From IMG/VR virus record IMGVR_UViG_3300035682_001186, positions 1 to 64,000 of that record: a DNA stretch of 64,000 bases; one strand, 5' to 3'. The notes below the pieces were generated by a model that was given only the letters and a program-made list of their open reading frames with translations, ran no database searches and was not told the origin of the DNA. The translations under genes and the position numbers were made by a program. This DNA comes from a virus. This document shows positions 53,602 through 62,876 of the stretch, piece after piece (the stretch's first letter is position 1; every line of letters begins with the position of its first letter).

Positions 53602-53658
53602 GTAGTTCGCGGTGATCAGACCCAACTACTCTAATGCTTATTAGGAGCAATCAGCATG
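53602..53658 (+). promoter_or_regulatory. Structured 5' leader of homing endonuclease gene
   Basis: GTAGTT..GGT-GATCAG-ACC..AACTAC stem, then pairings covering AGGAG and ATG. Confidence 0.55.
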
Positions 53659-54357
53659 ATTATTTATCTAGTAGTCAAAACTCACAATAAAACCGGTTTA
53701 AAATACTTATGTCAGACAATAAGAGATCCATTTAAATATAAAGGATCAGGAACATATTGGAAACGACATCTTAGAGAACATGGCAATTCTCATTCTACTA
53801 TAGTAATTAAAGAATGTTTAACAAAACAAGAACTCAAAGAATGGGGAATGTATTATAGTAAATTATGGAACATTGTTGATGATGTAGATTCATATAACAA
53901 AAAAACATGGGCCAATTTAAAACCGGAAGAAGGAGACGGTGGAGCGTCTGGAAAATATAGTTCATGTAAAAAACAAGAAGTAAAAAATAAAATTTCTAAA
54001 AGTTTAATAAATCTTGGAAATAATCATCCATCTAGAAATAGAACTTCAGAACAAACAAAAAATTTACGTGACAGAATGAGTGGGAATAATAATTTTGCAA
54101 AGAGAAAAGAAATTAGACAAAAAATATCAGAAAATAATCCAATGAAAAGAGAAGATCAAAAAGATAGACAAAGAGGAAGTAAAAATCCAGCTTATAATTC
54201 TACTCTATTTACTTTTAAACACAAAATTACAAATGAAGTCGTGACATACACATGTCATGATTTCTGTAAAATAATTTTATCAGATAACGATAGACCAAAC
54301 ATTTGCAAATTAATAAAAAACGAAGCAAAATCCGTAAAAGGTTGGATATTAATTTAA
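53656..54357 (+). CDS. Free-standing GIY-YIG (Seg-like) homing endonuclease
   Basis: IYLVVKTHNKTGLKYLCQT, YKGSG..W, NLKPEEGDGG; basic NUMOD-like repeats; opposite strand after portal. Confidence 0.8.
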   Translation: MIIYLVVKTHNKTGLKYLCQTIRDPFKYKGSGTYWKRHLREHGNSHSTIVIKECLTKQELKEWGMYYSKLWNIVDDVDSYNKKTWANLKPEEGDGGASGKYSSCKKQEVKNKISKSLINLGNNHPSRNRTSEQTKNLRDRMSGNNNFAKRKEIRQKISENNPMKREDQKDRQRGSKNPAYNSTLFTFKHKITNEVVTYTCHDFCKIILSDNDRPNICKLIKNEAKSVKGWILI

Positions 54358-54358
54358 A

Positions 54359-56128
54359 TTATACCGGAGGGGGAGTTGCCAATGCACCTGGACTGGCAGT
54401 TTGATCATTAGCACCAACTGGAGCAGTAACTTCTGGAGCTATACCTTCTTCTCCTTCACTATCACTTTCAATATTGTCGGCAGTTTCCAAATCACTATCA
54501 ATATCACCAGTACTAATACCAACACTACGTAAATCAGAACCTTTAGCTTCTTGATCTTCTGGCTCAGATTTCTCTTCTTTCCATAATTTCTGATTTTCTT
54601 TGATTTCTTCTTGACTTAATCCCAAGAATCTTTCCATGGCAAATCTAATACTCATATATGGTAAAGCTGCCATAGTAGTAAATGTCTGAACTCTAGATGT
54701 ATCCAATTCTGATTGACGATAACTAGCAAAGTTTTGTGGTGGAGTAAAGTGAATGTCAAACAATCCACTATCAATATTAAATCCTCTCCAACGCATAAAC
54801 AATTTAAACTCTTCATTGAGTTTTTTGCTCATATAACCTTGTAATCGCTCACAATACTTATTGAATCTAAACTCTTGAATCATAGCGGTACCAACACGAC
54901 CATCACTTAATGGTGTTGGATTATCTTCTGGACCAGTTGGCAAGTAGCTACTTGGAACACGTAAACCACGTGCCAATCTATTATTGAAGTAACGTAAGTC
55001 ATCAATCTCACCCAAGTTTTGTCCACCGGGCATAAGTTCTACACTAGATCCACGACCATCGGCTGTTACTGGGAAGAAATAATCTTCATTTGTTGACAAT
55101 GGATTGTAAGTAGCATCAACAATACTTTGACCACCTTGAATACTTGGAATTCTACGTTGATGAATTTCATCTTTAATACGATTGACAAATGCCATAGCCA
55201 TATTACTTGGCATATTACCAACGTCAATCTTAAAAATTCTACGTTCTGGTGCTCGTTGAACACGATAGATCAGAACCGCATCTTCTAACAATTCTTTTTG
55301 TTTATAAACTTTGAAAATATTTTCTAATACACTTTGACCAAATGGCCAATAGCGATCTAGACCTTCTGTCAATGATAAGTGTACAACATGTTTGGCATCA
55401 ATTGCCATTTCATTAACACCTAAACTAAAACGTGTACCTGTTGTACCATATGGTTCATTTGGTACAGTATATGAATATGGTGCACTATATCCAGCAGTTG
55501 GTGGTTGTGCTTGAAAATCTGTACTGGTCTTTTCTGCTACCGTTAGATTTTGTAAGTTTGGATTGATATCTTTAACTACATATTGTTCTGGTAATTTACC
55601 TGCACTTTCGTTTACAATAACTTTAACTACTTTAGTTGGATCAACCCAAAACAATTTGAATGTTTCTGGATCACGTAGAAATACTTGATCACCATATTTT
55701 ACAGTGTTTCTAAATATTTTGAATGCTCTGACATCCATTTCATTTAATTTACACCATTGTTGTAATTGTTTACCAATCAACTCTACTTCAGTTTGTGTTG
55801 GTTCACCATTAAAGTGTATATCAAATGGAGTTTTGTTATGTTCATTTAACTGTGTAGAAAATTCACTTAAAATATCTAAACATCCATTGATTTCTGGATC
55901 ACAATCCATCATTTCATATTGATTATATCGTTCAATACGATTTGGATGACCAGTATATACTTCTGGTAAACGACTTTGATAGTTTCTAAAGGCAAAATTA
56001 TTATCCCAACCACCTGTTGGTGATTGATTCATACCAGCTCCGCCATTCCAAGAACCTTCGTTACTGTTGGCTCCTGAAATTGGACTTAGTGATCCGTGTT
56101 TATTAGTAAATTTTTTCTTGTATGACAT
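54359..56128 (-). CDS. gp20: Portal protein
   Basis: LLEDAVLIYRVQRAPERRIFKIDVGNMP, EDYFFP, LMPGGQNLGEIDD, LRVPSSYL, EFRF.K; GATAAATA at 56149-56156. Confidence 0.96.
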   Translation of the reverse strand: MSYKKKFTNKHGSLSPISGANSNEGSWNGGAGMNQSPTGGWDNNFAFRNYQSRLPEVYTGHPNRIERYNQYEMMDCDPEINGCLDILSEFSTQLNEHNKTPFDIHFNGEPTQTEVELIGKQLQQWCKLNEMDVRAFKIFRNTVKYGDQVFLRDPETFKLFWVDPTKVVKVIVNESAGKLPEQYVVKDINPNLQNLTVAEKTSTDFQAQPPTAGYSAPYSYTVPNEPYGTTGTRFSLGVNEMAIDAKHVVHLSLTEGLDRYWPFGQSVLENIFKVYKQKELLEDAVLIYRVQRAPERRIFKIDVGNMPSNMAMAFVNRIKDEIHQRRIPSIQGGQSIVDATYNPLSTNEDYFFPVTADGRGSSVELMPGGQNLGEIDDLRYFNNRLARGLRVPSSYLPTGPEDNPTPLSDGRVGTAMIQEFRFNKYCERLQGYMSKKLNEEFKLFMRWRGFNIDSGLFDIHFTPPQNFASYRQSELDTSRVQTFTTMAALPYMSIRFAMERFLGLSQEEIKENQKLWKEEKSEPEDQEAKGSDLRSVGISTGDIDSDLETADNIESDSEGEEGIAPEVTAPVGANDQTASPGALATPPPV

Positions 56129-56158
56129 ATCTCATCTTCAATGTCTAGTATTTATCAA

Positions 56159-58366
56159 TTAAGCCATTGTTGCTTGCATTTTCTTTTTAGTCATTGAGTT
56201 ACTTGATTCTAGTAAATCAATTAAAAGAGCAAATTTATCATTAAGATTCATAGACATATTTTCTATATGTTTATTATCTTGAGTTGCAATATTCAATGAT
56301 CCTGGTAATGATCTTTGAGAAACATTTGTTCCTTTGTCAGATTGATCGGATTCATTTGTATTTTGTACAATTCCACCGGTGTTAGCTGCAAAACCAGTAT
56401 CAGATATTAATTCAGACTGAGGTGTGGCTGAGGGAGATTGCGGTAAATTATTTTTTGGAGCAACAGATGTTGCCGCAACAGTTGGTTTACTTGTTGAGCC
56501 AGTAGATGCACTGGAGTTTGTCGCAGATGATGTTACTGCCGATGCTGCTGTTGGAGCTGCAGGTGATGTTACTGTCGAAGCTACTGCAGTAGATGGAGTT
56601 ATTTGAGTTGTTGATGAAGTTTTTGGTTGAGTTGGATTATTTTTTTGATATTCTTCTATCTGTAATCTAGTTGTTTCATCAAAATCATTTATATTTTTTC
56701 TTTTTTCTTCTATTTCATTGGCATAATTTTTTATTTTTAAATTATGTTCTTGTTTTTTCAATTCTGCTAATTTTTCGTCATACTTTTTTAAAAGTTTTTT
56801 TGATTCATCATCAACTGAAGTGCCCATATTAGTAATCAAAGATTCTAATATATCTTTTTCTGTTGGTGGTTTTAAATTTCTAATTTCTTTTTGAACACTG
56901 TTTAATTCTCGCTGAATTTCCAAAGATTTTGGTCCTCCTTTTCCAACCATCTTAGCTAATTCATCCATAAAATCTTTCATTGTATCGCTCATAACATTCA
57001 TCAATGTTGCAACGGTTTCACTACTAGTAGCTAATTGTTCCATTCTAATACTAGTATCTCTCATGTATGTTTTAGTATCTGCGATTTCAGTATTTAAACC
57101 AGTAGATTCTGCTGCAATCTTTTTATTTTTATCTAATTGTTCCTCATATTGTTGTTTAGTTAATCCATCTTTTTCAGTGATGAATTTTTGCATTTGAGTG
57201 TATACTGCATATAATGGATTATCTGAATTTATTACGCCGACTGTTTTTTCTGCATAAGATACCATTCTTTTATACGTGTCAATCGTTTTTTGAACTGCCT
57301 GAAACTCGTCTATTTTTCCAGATGTTAAATCTTTTGTAAGATTCATCATATCGGTTCCTGCTGCTGCCATCTGACTAAAAAAATCCTTTTCAGCTTGAGT
57401 TCTTCCTATTCCAAAATTAGACAATCCTCCTAAAGTCATTTTTGCTAGTTCTGGACTAGATGCATTTAAAATATGTAAGAAATTTGTTACTGACTTTTTA
57501 ACTGGTTCAGATAAATCTGTTCTTCCTTGTATACCAAATACATATTCAGCACTATCCATTAATTTTTTATTATATTCATCATGTTGTCTGATAGACATTC
57601 CAGTTAAATCTGCTAATGTTTTTAGCTCTAATGCATAATTTTCAGTTATTTTTACAGCATCATCGTCAATTTTAATTTGAGTGCCCTGATATCTTTGTCT
57701 TTGATTTAGTGCACTAATTTGAAATTCTGTAAAATCAGTTGCACTAATTCCTAATCTTTGCATTCGTTTTCTTGTTTCTCTACTATGAATTCCTAAGTCT
57801 TCAAGCTTAGCTCTACCGCCCGCAGCTGAACCTCCAAGTAAAGCGATATCTTTTGAACTTTTAGTGAACAATGTTTCCATTTCTGAAATACTCATTCCTA
57901 ATGAAACTCCAGCTTTTTGCATATCAGTAAAACTAGAAACAACTCCATTCTGACTCATTTTTTCAAATGAAGCATATGCTTTATCCATTGATCTGATCAA
58001 ATGAGCCGCAACAGCGCCAGTTGCTTCGGAAGCTGCTCCAAAAAATGCTCCAATTGGACCAAATATTCCCAAAAAATTTCCCATAGTGCTAGAAACTAAC
58101 TCTACAATTGCCGCTAATGGTTCAAAGCTTGAGCCGCTATTCAATAAACTTTTAGTGAATGTCCCAAACTGAGCAGTTGCGTTTTTGGTAACTCCCTTAA
58201 GTTTTTTAAGCATTTCGGCCGATTCTTCTTCTTCCGCTGCAACTTTTGCAGCATTTGATGTTAAAATCAGATTGGTGTTAGAATTTTTTAATAAAATTTT
58301 ATTAAAACTAGATAACTCACTAATAGTTTGTTCTAATTCTGAATTAAAATTGTCAATTGTGGACAT
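56159..58366 (-). CDS. Tape-measure-like / baseplate hub protein (paralogue B)
   Basis: Helical, with a glycine-rich hydrophobic segment; N-terminal similarity to 58385-61234; Ser/Thr/Ala-rich linker. Confidence 0.65.
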   Translation of the reverse strand: MSTIDNFNSELEQTISELSSFNKILLKNSNTNLILTSNAAKVAAEEEESAEMLKKLKGVTKNATAQFGTFTKSLLNSGSSFEPLAAIVELVSSTMGNFLGIFGPIGAFFGAASEATGAVAAHLIRSMDKAYASFEKMSQNGVVSSFTDMQKAGVSLGMSISEMETLFTKSSKDIALLGGSAAGGRAKLEDLGIHSRETRKRMQRLGISATDFTEFQISALNQRQRYQGTQIKIDDDAVKITENYALELKTLADLTGMSIRQHDEYNKKLMDSAEYVFGIQGRTDLSEPVKKSVTNFLHILNASSPELAKMTLGGLSNFGIGRTQAEKDFFSQMAAAGTDMMNLTKDLTSGKIDEFQAVQKTIDTYKRMVSYAEKTVGVINSDNPLYAVYTQMQKFITEKDGLTKQQYEEQLDKNKKIAAESTGLNTEIADTKTYMRDTSIRMEQLATSSETVATLMNVMSDTMKDFMDELAKMVGKGGPKSLEIQRELNSVQKEIRNLKPPTEKDILESLITNMGTSVDDESKKLLKKYDEKLAELKKQEHNLKIKNYANEIEEKRKNINDFDETTRLQIEEYQKNNPTQPKTSSTTQITPSTAVASTVTSPAAPTAASAVTSSATNSSASTGSTSKPTVAATSVAPKNNLPQSPSATPQSELISDTGFAANTGGIVQNTNESDQSDKGTNVSQRSLPGSLNIATQDNKHIENMSMNLNDKFALLIDLLESSNSMTKKKMQATMA

Positions 58367-58384
58367 ATTATTTTCTCATAAAGA

Positions 58385-61234
58385 TTAAGAGGATTTCATT
58401 CTTTCTTGTAATGATATTTTATCATTCATTAAATTTATCATTTCATCAACGTTTGAGTCAATCATACTAATTAAATTAGCTAATAATTTGTCAGATTGTT
58501 TTTGTTTTTTACCATAAAACATATTACTATTACCATCATTATCAGGTATAATCATCATTCGTTCACGACCATGTAATTCAATTAGATACCCAGTACTTGG
58601 ACCATCAAATATACCACCAGTTCTGGCGGTTACTTCTGCATGTATGTGACCGCCAGTCGCTTGGCTAGATGGGTCATTATATTCATCTATTGCTTTTGAA
58701 GCACCTGAATTTTTTAAGAAATCAGTTATTTCTTTACTCATTGCTTTTGATATTTTTCCTCCTCTTGGTACTCCCTGTAAGGTGTAATCAAATGCCAATC
58801 CATCTTTATGTGCTGTAGTGCCTCGTTTCATTGTATCATTGAATGCGCTAAATGTTCCACCAGGATACATATTTTGAAATTTTCTGGCAAGAGCAATTAT
58901 GTTGTTACTCGCTGATCCACCGGCAATTGCTTCTCCTGGATATTTACCACCTATATTCAATCCTTGATAGTCTTTTGAGTTGGCAGCCTGACCATTCTGA
59001 TTATTTTCGTTTTCTTTTGAAATTGCGCTAGAATATATTGAACTTAATTTTTTAGCATAATCTGGATCAGTTGCATATCCAGATTTACCCTGAGCAGCTA
59101 TAGCCTCTGATGCAGTTTTTGCCGCCACCACATCTTTATATCTGGAGTTTGAAGTAAGTAATCTTACATAATCTGCTGCAGATTCATTCATATTACTATA
59201 AGTCATAAATGGCTGGTTTATAGTTACCATTTTACCATTAATAAATTCTTGAGTAGATTGAGAATTCTTTCTTTTTCCACTAAAATCTTTTATACCAAAA
59301 TAGTTATTTCCACCACCTAAACTCTTACCATATCCTGTTTCTAAAGCTGATTGTGTTGCTCCCAACATTGCAATAGCTTCAGGATTTGGAACTCCAGCTT
59401 TTTTTGCTTCTGAATATATTGCAGTATATATATTTTGAAAAAATTCTTTTTGAGGACCCTTAAATGACGGTGATCCGCCAGATTGAGATGAGGATGATGA
59501 ATTAGGTCGCGATCTTTCCGCCTCGGTTTTATATCCTTTTAGTATTTCAAGTTCTAATTTTTTTGCAGCAAGTTCTTTTTCTCTTTTTTCCAAATTTCTA
59601 AGATTAATATTTTCTAATATAATTAAATTTTTAGTATCTTCTATTTCTTTTTTATCAGATTTGTCTACAAAATAACCGCTTTTTCCAGCTGCTTTTCTAG
59701 CATTTATTTTTTCTTGAGCTTTAATTTGTCTTTTATTATATTCAGCCAACTCGGTAATTGAATCTGTTATTTTGTCTCGTACATTATCTTGATCTTCCAT
59801 TACAATTAAAAGTTCAGGTATATTTTTTCCAACTTGATTAAAAACCCCTTTGATTAATGAATTCATTGCCTTAGATATTAATCTCATTGATTTAGTAACC
59901 AATGGAATACTCATTGACAATCTTTGAATTGTCAAATTGTTGTCACCCATGTCAATTCTAGCTCTAGCTAAAGCTTCATCTGTTGTGGTTGGTGGTTTAG
60001 TTTTACCCGCCTGAATCATATCTTCTATATCTTTTTGATTTAATTTGGCAAATTGAGCACCTTTACGTAGTTCAACTGCAACTTTACTATCTAGTGTATC
60101 ACCGGCCATCATTGCTTGATTCCCTATAACCTGTACATTTTTTACATTGGTTCTTTTCATGGTATCTACTACATTATTAACTTGACCCAATGGGGAATTA
60201 ATATGTTTTTGTAAATCTGCTAGAATATCTATGCCAAGTCTACCATAGTGTTGTCTGACAACATCAGCCTCATCTGATGTTGCAATGACTCCTTGTTTAA
60301 GACCAACCATTAAATCTCTAATACCTTTTTCAGTGATTGGTCCAAATGCAAATTTAGTTACTTCAAGTAATTTGTTATCTGCTAGATTTTGTTCTATAGT
60401 TCGTTTTCCTACAAATATTCTATAACTAGCCTCTTCTTGTCTGGCATCAATTTCTTTTTGAACTTCTTCTCTTCGTTCACCAGTCATTATACTTATATCA
60501 GTAATATTGTTTAAATATTGTTTAAATCTTTCAATATGTTTTGCATCAAATTTTTGTCGTTCTCCGGTAATTTTTCTTTCATAATCCATATACTTTATCT
60601 GACTTGCAGCTAATTCTTTAGTCGTAATTCCAAGTAATTGAAAATCTACTCGTGAAGTTAATAATGATCCTGATAATTTTTTAAATTCTTGAATCCCGTT
60701 AAATGCAGTACCACTCCAAGAAGATAATATTTGACCTTGTCCTTCAAGAAGTTCAGATAAATCATTTATTGTAATCATTGTAGATGATGATATATCATCT
60801 ATTTCATCAAAACTACTTACTAAACCACTTTGACTAAGTTTTTCAAATCCAGTATATGTTTTCTCAAATGTTTCAATAGTTGTATTGGCAACTTTTCCCG
60901 CAAGTTTAATTGCCTGACCAACAGCTTTACCAACACTACCAAATTTACTAGCCATACCACTAGCTAGTGATGTTAGTAATGTTATTGTTTTTGTTAACGG
61001 ACCAAAACTACTAGAACCAGTAGTTAAACTTTTTCCAATACCAATTAACTCTTGTCCAAATTTCTCTCCAGAATCAATTAATTTCGCTAATTTTTTCTCT
61101 TGATCTTTTTCTTCATTGATTAGTTTTTGTTGACCACGTTCATAACTTGTCATTCCAGCAGTATTCAAACGAAGTATATCGTTGAAAGACTTTAAATTAT
61201 CAATATTGATGTTATCTAAATTATTATTGGCCAT
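58385..61234 (-). CDS. Tape-measure-like protein with GH73 glucosaminidase and M15-like peptidase domains
   Basis: QSALETGYG..NNYFGIK...GYATDPDYAKKL (GH73); AHKDGLAFD...GGHIHAE (M15-type Zn peptidase). Confidence 0.8.
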   Translation of the reverse strand: MANNNLDNINIDNLKSFNDILRLNTAGMTSYERGQQKLINEEKDQEKKLAKLIDSGEKFGQELIGIGKSLTTGSSSFGPLTKTITLLTSLASGMASKFGSVGKAVGQAIKLAGKVANTTIETFEKTYTGFEKLSQSGLVSSFDEIDDISSSTMITINDLSELLEGQGQILSSWSGTAFNGIQEFKKLSGSLLTSRVDFQLLGITTKELAASQIKYMDYERKITGERQKFDAKHIERFKQYLNNITDISIMTGERREEVQKEIDARQEEASYRIFVGKRTIEQNLADNKLLEVTKFAFGPITEKGIRDLMVGLKQGVIATSDEADVVRQHYGRLGIDILADLQKHINSPLGQVNNVVDTMKRTNVKNVQVIGNQAMMAGDTLDSKVAVELRKGAQFAKLNQKDIEDMIQAGKTKPPTTTDEALARARIDMGDNNLTIQRLSMSIPLVTKSMRLISKAMNSLIKGVFNQVGKNIPELLIVMEDQDNVRDKITDSITELAEYNKRQIKAQEKINARKAAGKSGYFVDKSDKKEIEDTKNLIILENINLRNLEKREKELAAKKLELEILKGYKTEAERSRPNSSSSSQSGGSPSFKGPQKEFFQNIYTAIYSEAKKAGVPNPEAIAMLGATQSALETGYGKSLGGGNNYFGIKDFSGKRKNSQSTQEFINGKMVTINQPFMTYSNMNESAADYVRLLTSNSRYKDVVAAKTASEAIAAQGKSGYATDPDYAKKLSSIYSSAISKENENNQNGQAANSKDYQGLNIGGKYPGEAIAGGSASNNIIALARKFQNMYPGGTFSAFNDTMKRGTTAHKDGLAFDYTLQGVPRGGKISKAMSKEITDFLKNSGASKAIDEYNDPSSQATGGHIHAEVTARTGGIFDGPSTGYLIELHGRERMMIIPDNDGNSNMFYGKKQKQSDKLLANLISMIDSNVDEMINLMNDKISLQERMKSS

Positions 61235-61314
61235 TTTTGCTCACTAAATAGTGTCTGAATCAGTGCACTTATAAGTATTTATTCTACTATTTTTATCGTT
61301 AAAAAGGAACCAAA

Positions 61315-62139
61315 ATGTTAGCCAATAACCCATTAAAACAGTATTTTCGCCGCCCATGTTTATATTTCAAACTTCCAAGTGAAGGGAAATATTATTTGCC
61401 AGGAGTTGTAGATATTCCGATAAATGGAGAATTGCCTGTTTATCCAATGACCGCTATTGATGAAATGACTATTAGAACACCAGATGGATTATTTAATGGT
61501 GCGGCTGTTATTGAATTGATTAAAAGTTGTATTCCAAATGTGTTAGATCCATGGAAATTAAATAACGTTGACTTAGATGCCGTACTAATAGCTATTAGAG
61601 CCGCTGCAAATAATGGTAAAATGTCTATAGATTCAGAATGTCCATCATGTAATGAAAAAACTGAATATGATATTGATTTGATGCCAATGTTGGCAGATAT
61701 GAAAGATGTAAACTACAATCAAGTATTAAAAATTAGAGAATTAGAAATAAAATTTAAACCATTAACATTTGAAGATACCAATAAAAATGGATTAGATCAA
61801 ATGGATATTCAAAGAGCATTAATGAATTTGGATTCTTATTCAGATGAAGAAAAACAAATTGCAATGAATAATACACTTAAAAAATTAAATGATATGGTTA
61901 TAAAAGTTATATCTGATACCATTGATTATATTAGAACTCCAGAATTAACAGTTACAGAAAAAGAATATATTATTGAATTTTTAAATAACTGTGATAGAGA
62001 AACTAATAACACAATTAAAGATTATAGTATAAAATTACGAGAGGCAAGTGAACTTAAACCAATTAATGTTCATTGTCCTCAATGTCAACATGAATATCAA
62101 CAAAAAATTGTATTAAATGTTACGGATTTTTTCGCCTAA
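61315..62139 (+). CDS. gp26: Baseplate hub assembly / tail assembly chaperone
   Basis: LPSEG, PMTAIDE, DLDAVLIAIRAA, CPSC and CPQC, ends DFF. Confidence 0.85.
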   Translation: MLANNPLKQYFRRPCLYFKLPSEGKYYLPGVVDIPINGELPVYPMTAIDEMTIRTPDGLFNGAAVIELIKSCIPNVLDPWKLNNVDLDAVLIAIRAAANNGKMSIDSECPSCNEKTEYDIDLMPMLADMKDVNYNQVLKIRELEIKFKPLTFEDTNKNGLDQMDIQRALMNLDSYSDEEKQIAMNNTLKKLNDMVIKVISDTIDYIRTPELTVTEKEYIIEFLNNCDRETNNTIKDYSIKLREASELKPINVHCPQCQHEYQQKIVLNVTDFFA

Positions 62140-62186
62140 GGCTTCTTAATCTTAATCCTGACGAGATTAGGAAGCTGACAGATGAT

Positions 62187-62363
62187 ATGGAAAAGGAACG
62201 TTGGAATATATCCTTCAATGCACAAAAATTGGCTTGGTATATGCGAGGTGGCATTGATTACGTTGATATCTTAAATATGAGTCATATGGAAATTGACAAT
62301 CTAAATGTTATCATTGATGAACATATGGAAACTACTAAGAAAACTAAATTACCATTCTTTTAA
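62187..62363 (+). CDS. gp51: Baseplate hub assembly catalyst (gp51-like), 58 aa; possibly also a -1 frameshift extension of gp26
   Basis: Below ORF-track cutoff; MEKERWNISFNAQKLAWYMRGGIDYVDILNMSHMEIDNLNVIIDEHMETTKKTKLPFF; frame open back to the slippery site at 62127. Confidence 0.75.
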   Translation: MEKERWNISFNAQKLAWYMRGGIDYVDILNMSHMEIDNLNVIIDEHMETTKKTKLPFF

Positions 62364-62370
62364 TACAAAT

Positions 62371-62552
62371 GGATGAACTAGTTCATCCGCCAGTGACCTA
62401 TCGGTACACTGGCATTTTCTTTTATGTCTTTGAAATTATATACGTAAAAGATGTTTTGTGTCACTGCTAGCGAGTGATAACGAGCGATGTGACACAATAC
62501 GGGTTGTTGAGCGTAGCGATACAACCCATTACTTAGATATCTATATAAGTAA
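62371..62552. other. Array of consecutive hairpins (terminator plus origin/primosome-site-like hairpins)
   Basis: Six adjacent inverted repeats; loops contain GAGCGTAGCGA and CGAG-N6-CGAG. Confidence 0.6.
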
Positions 62553-62579
62553 AATTATTTAACTCACTGAATAAATTAC

Positions 62580-62876
62580 AATCACCCCCCTCTTTTTCTT
62601 CTATTAAACCAGATATTTTCTCTGGGGGAAGAACGTTCGCCGAAGCACCGATAAAACCCTACTACAATTTGTCATTGATCTGTTGACGCAGTAAAATTCC
62701 TTCCGAGAGGATGGTTACGTTTAGAGACTAGTTGCGCTTAGTATTGTCCACGCTTTGGTCTTACTCCACAGACAGTGGTCGGATTGTCTGTAACGTTTCT
62801 AGTTATATTAGACAGGTAATTGTTTGACCTGTGGGCTACATGATGTTTCATGTGCCTTGCTCTGTTTAGTGTAGTT
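62580..62876 (-). ncRNA. Candidate structured non-coding RNA (unassigned)
   Basis: No ORF of 60 aa or more; GC-richer than other intergenic DNA; multiple stems; directly downstream of resolvase gene. Confidence 0.35.

Noticed and set aside
48536-54357. Group I introns or inteins associated with the endonucleases
   Set aside because: Both endonucleases are free-standing on the opposite strand; gp20, gp21 and gp23 are uninterrupted
62364-62876. tRNA or tmRNA in the large intergenic region
   Set aside because: No cloverleaf, canonical T-loop arm or acceptor stem with CCA recognised
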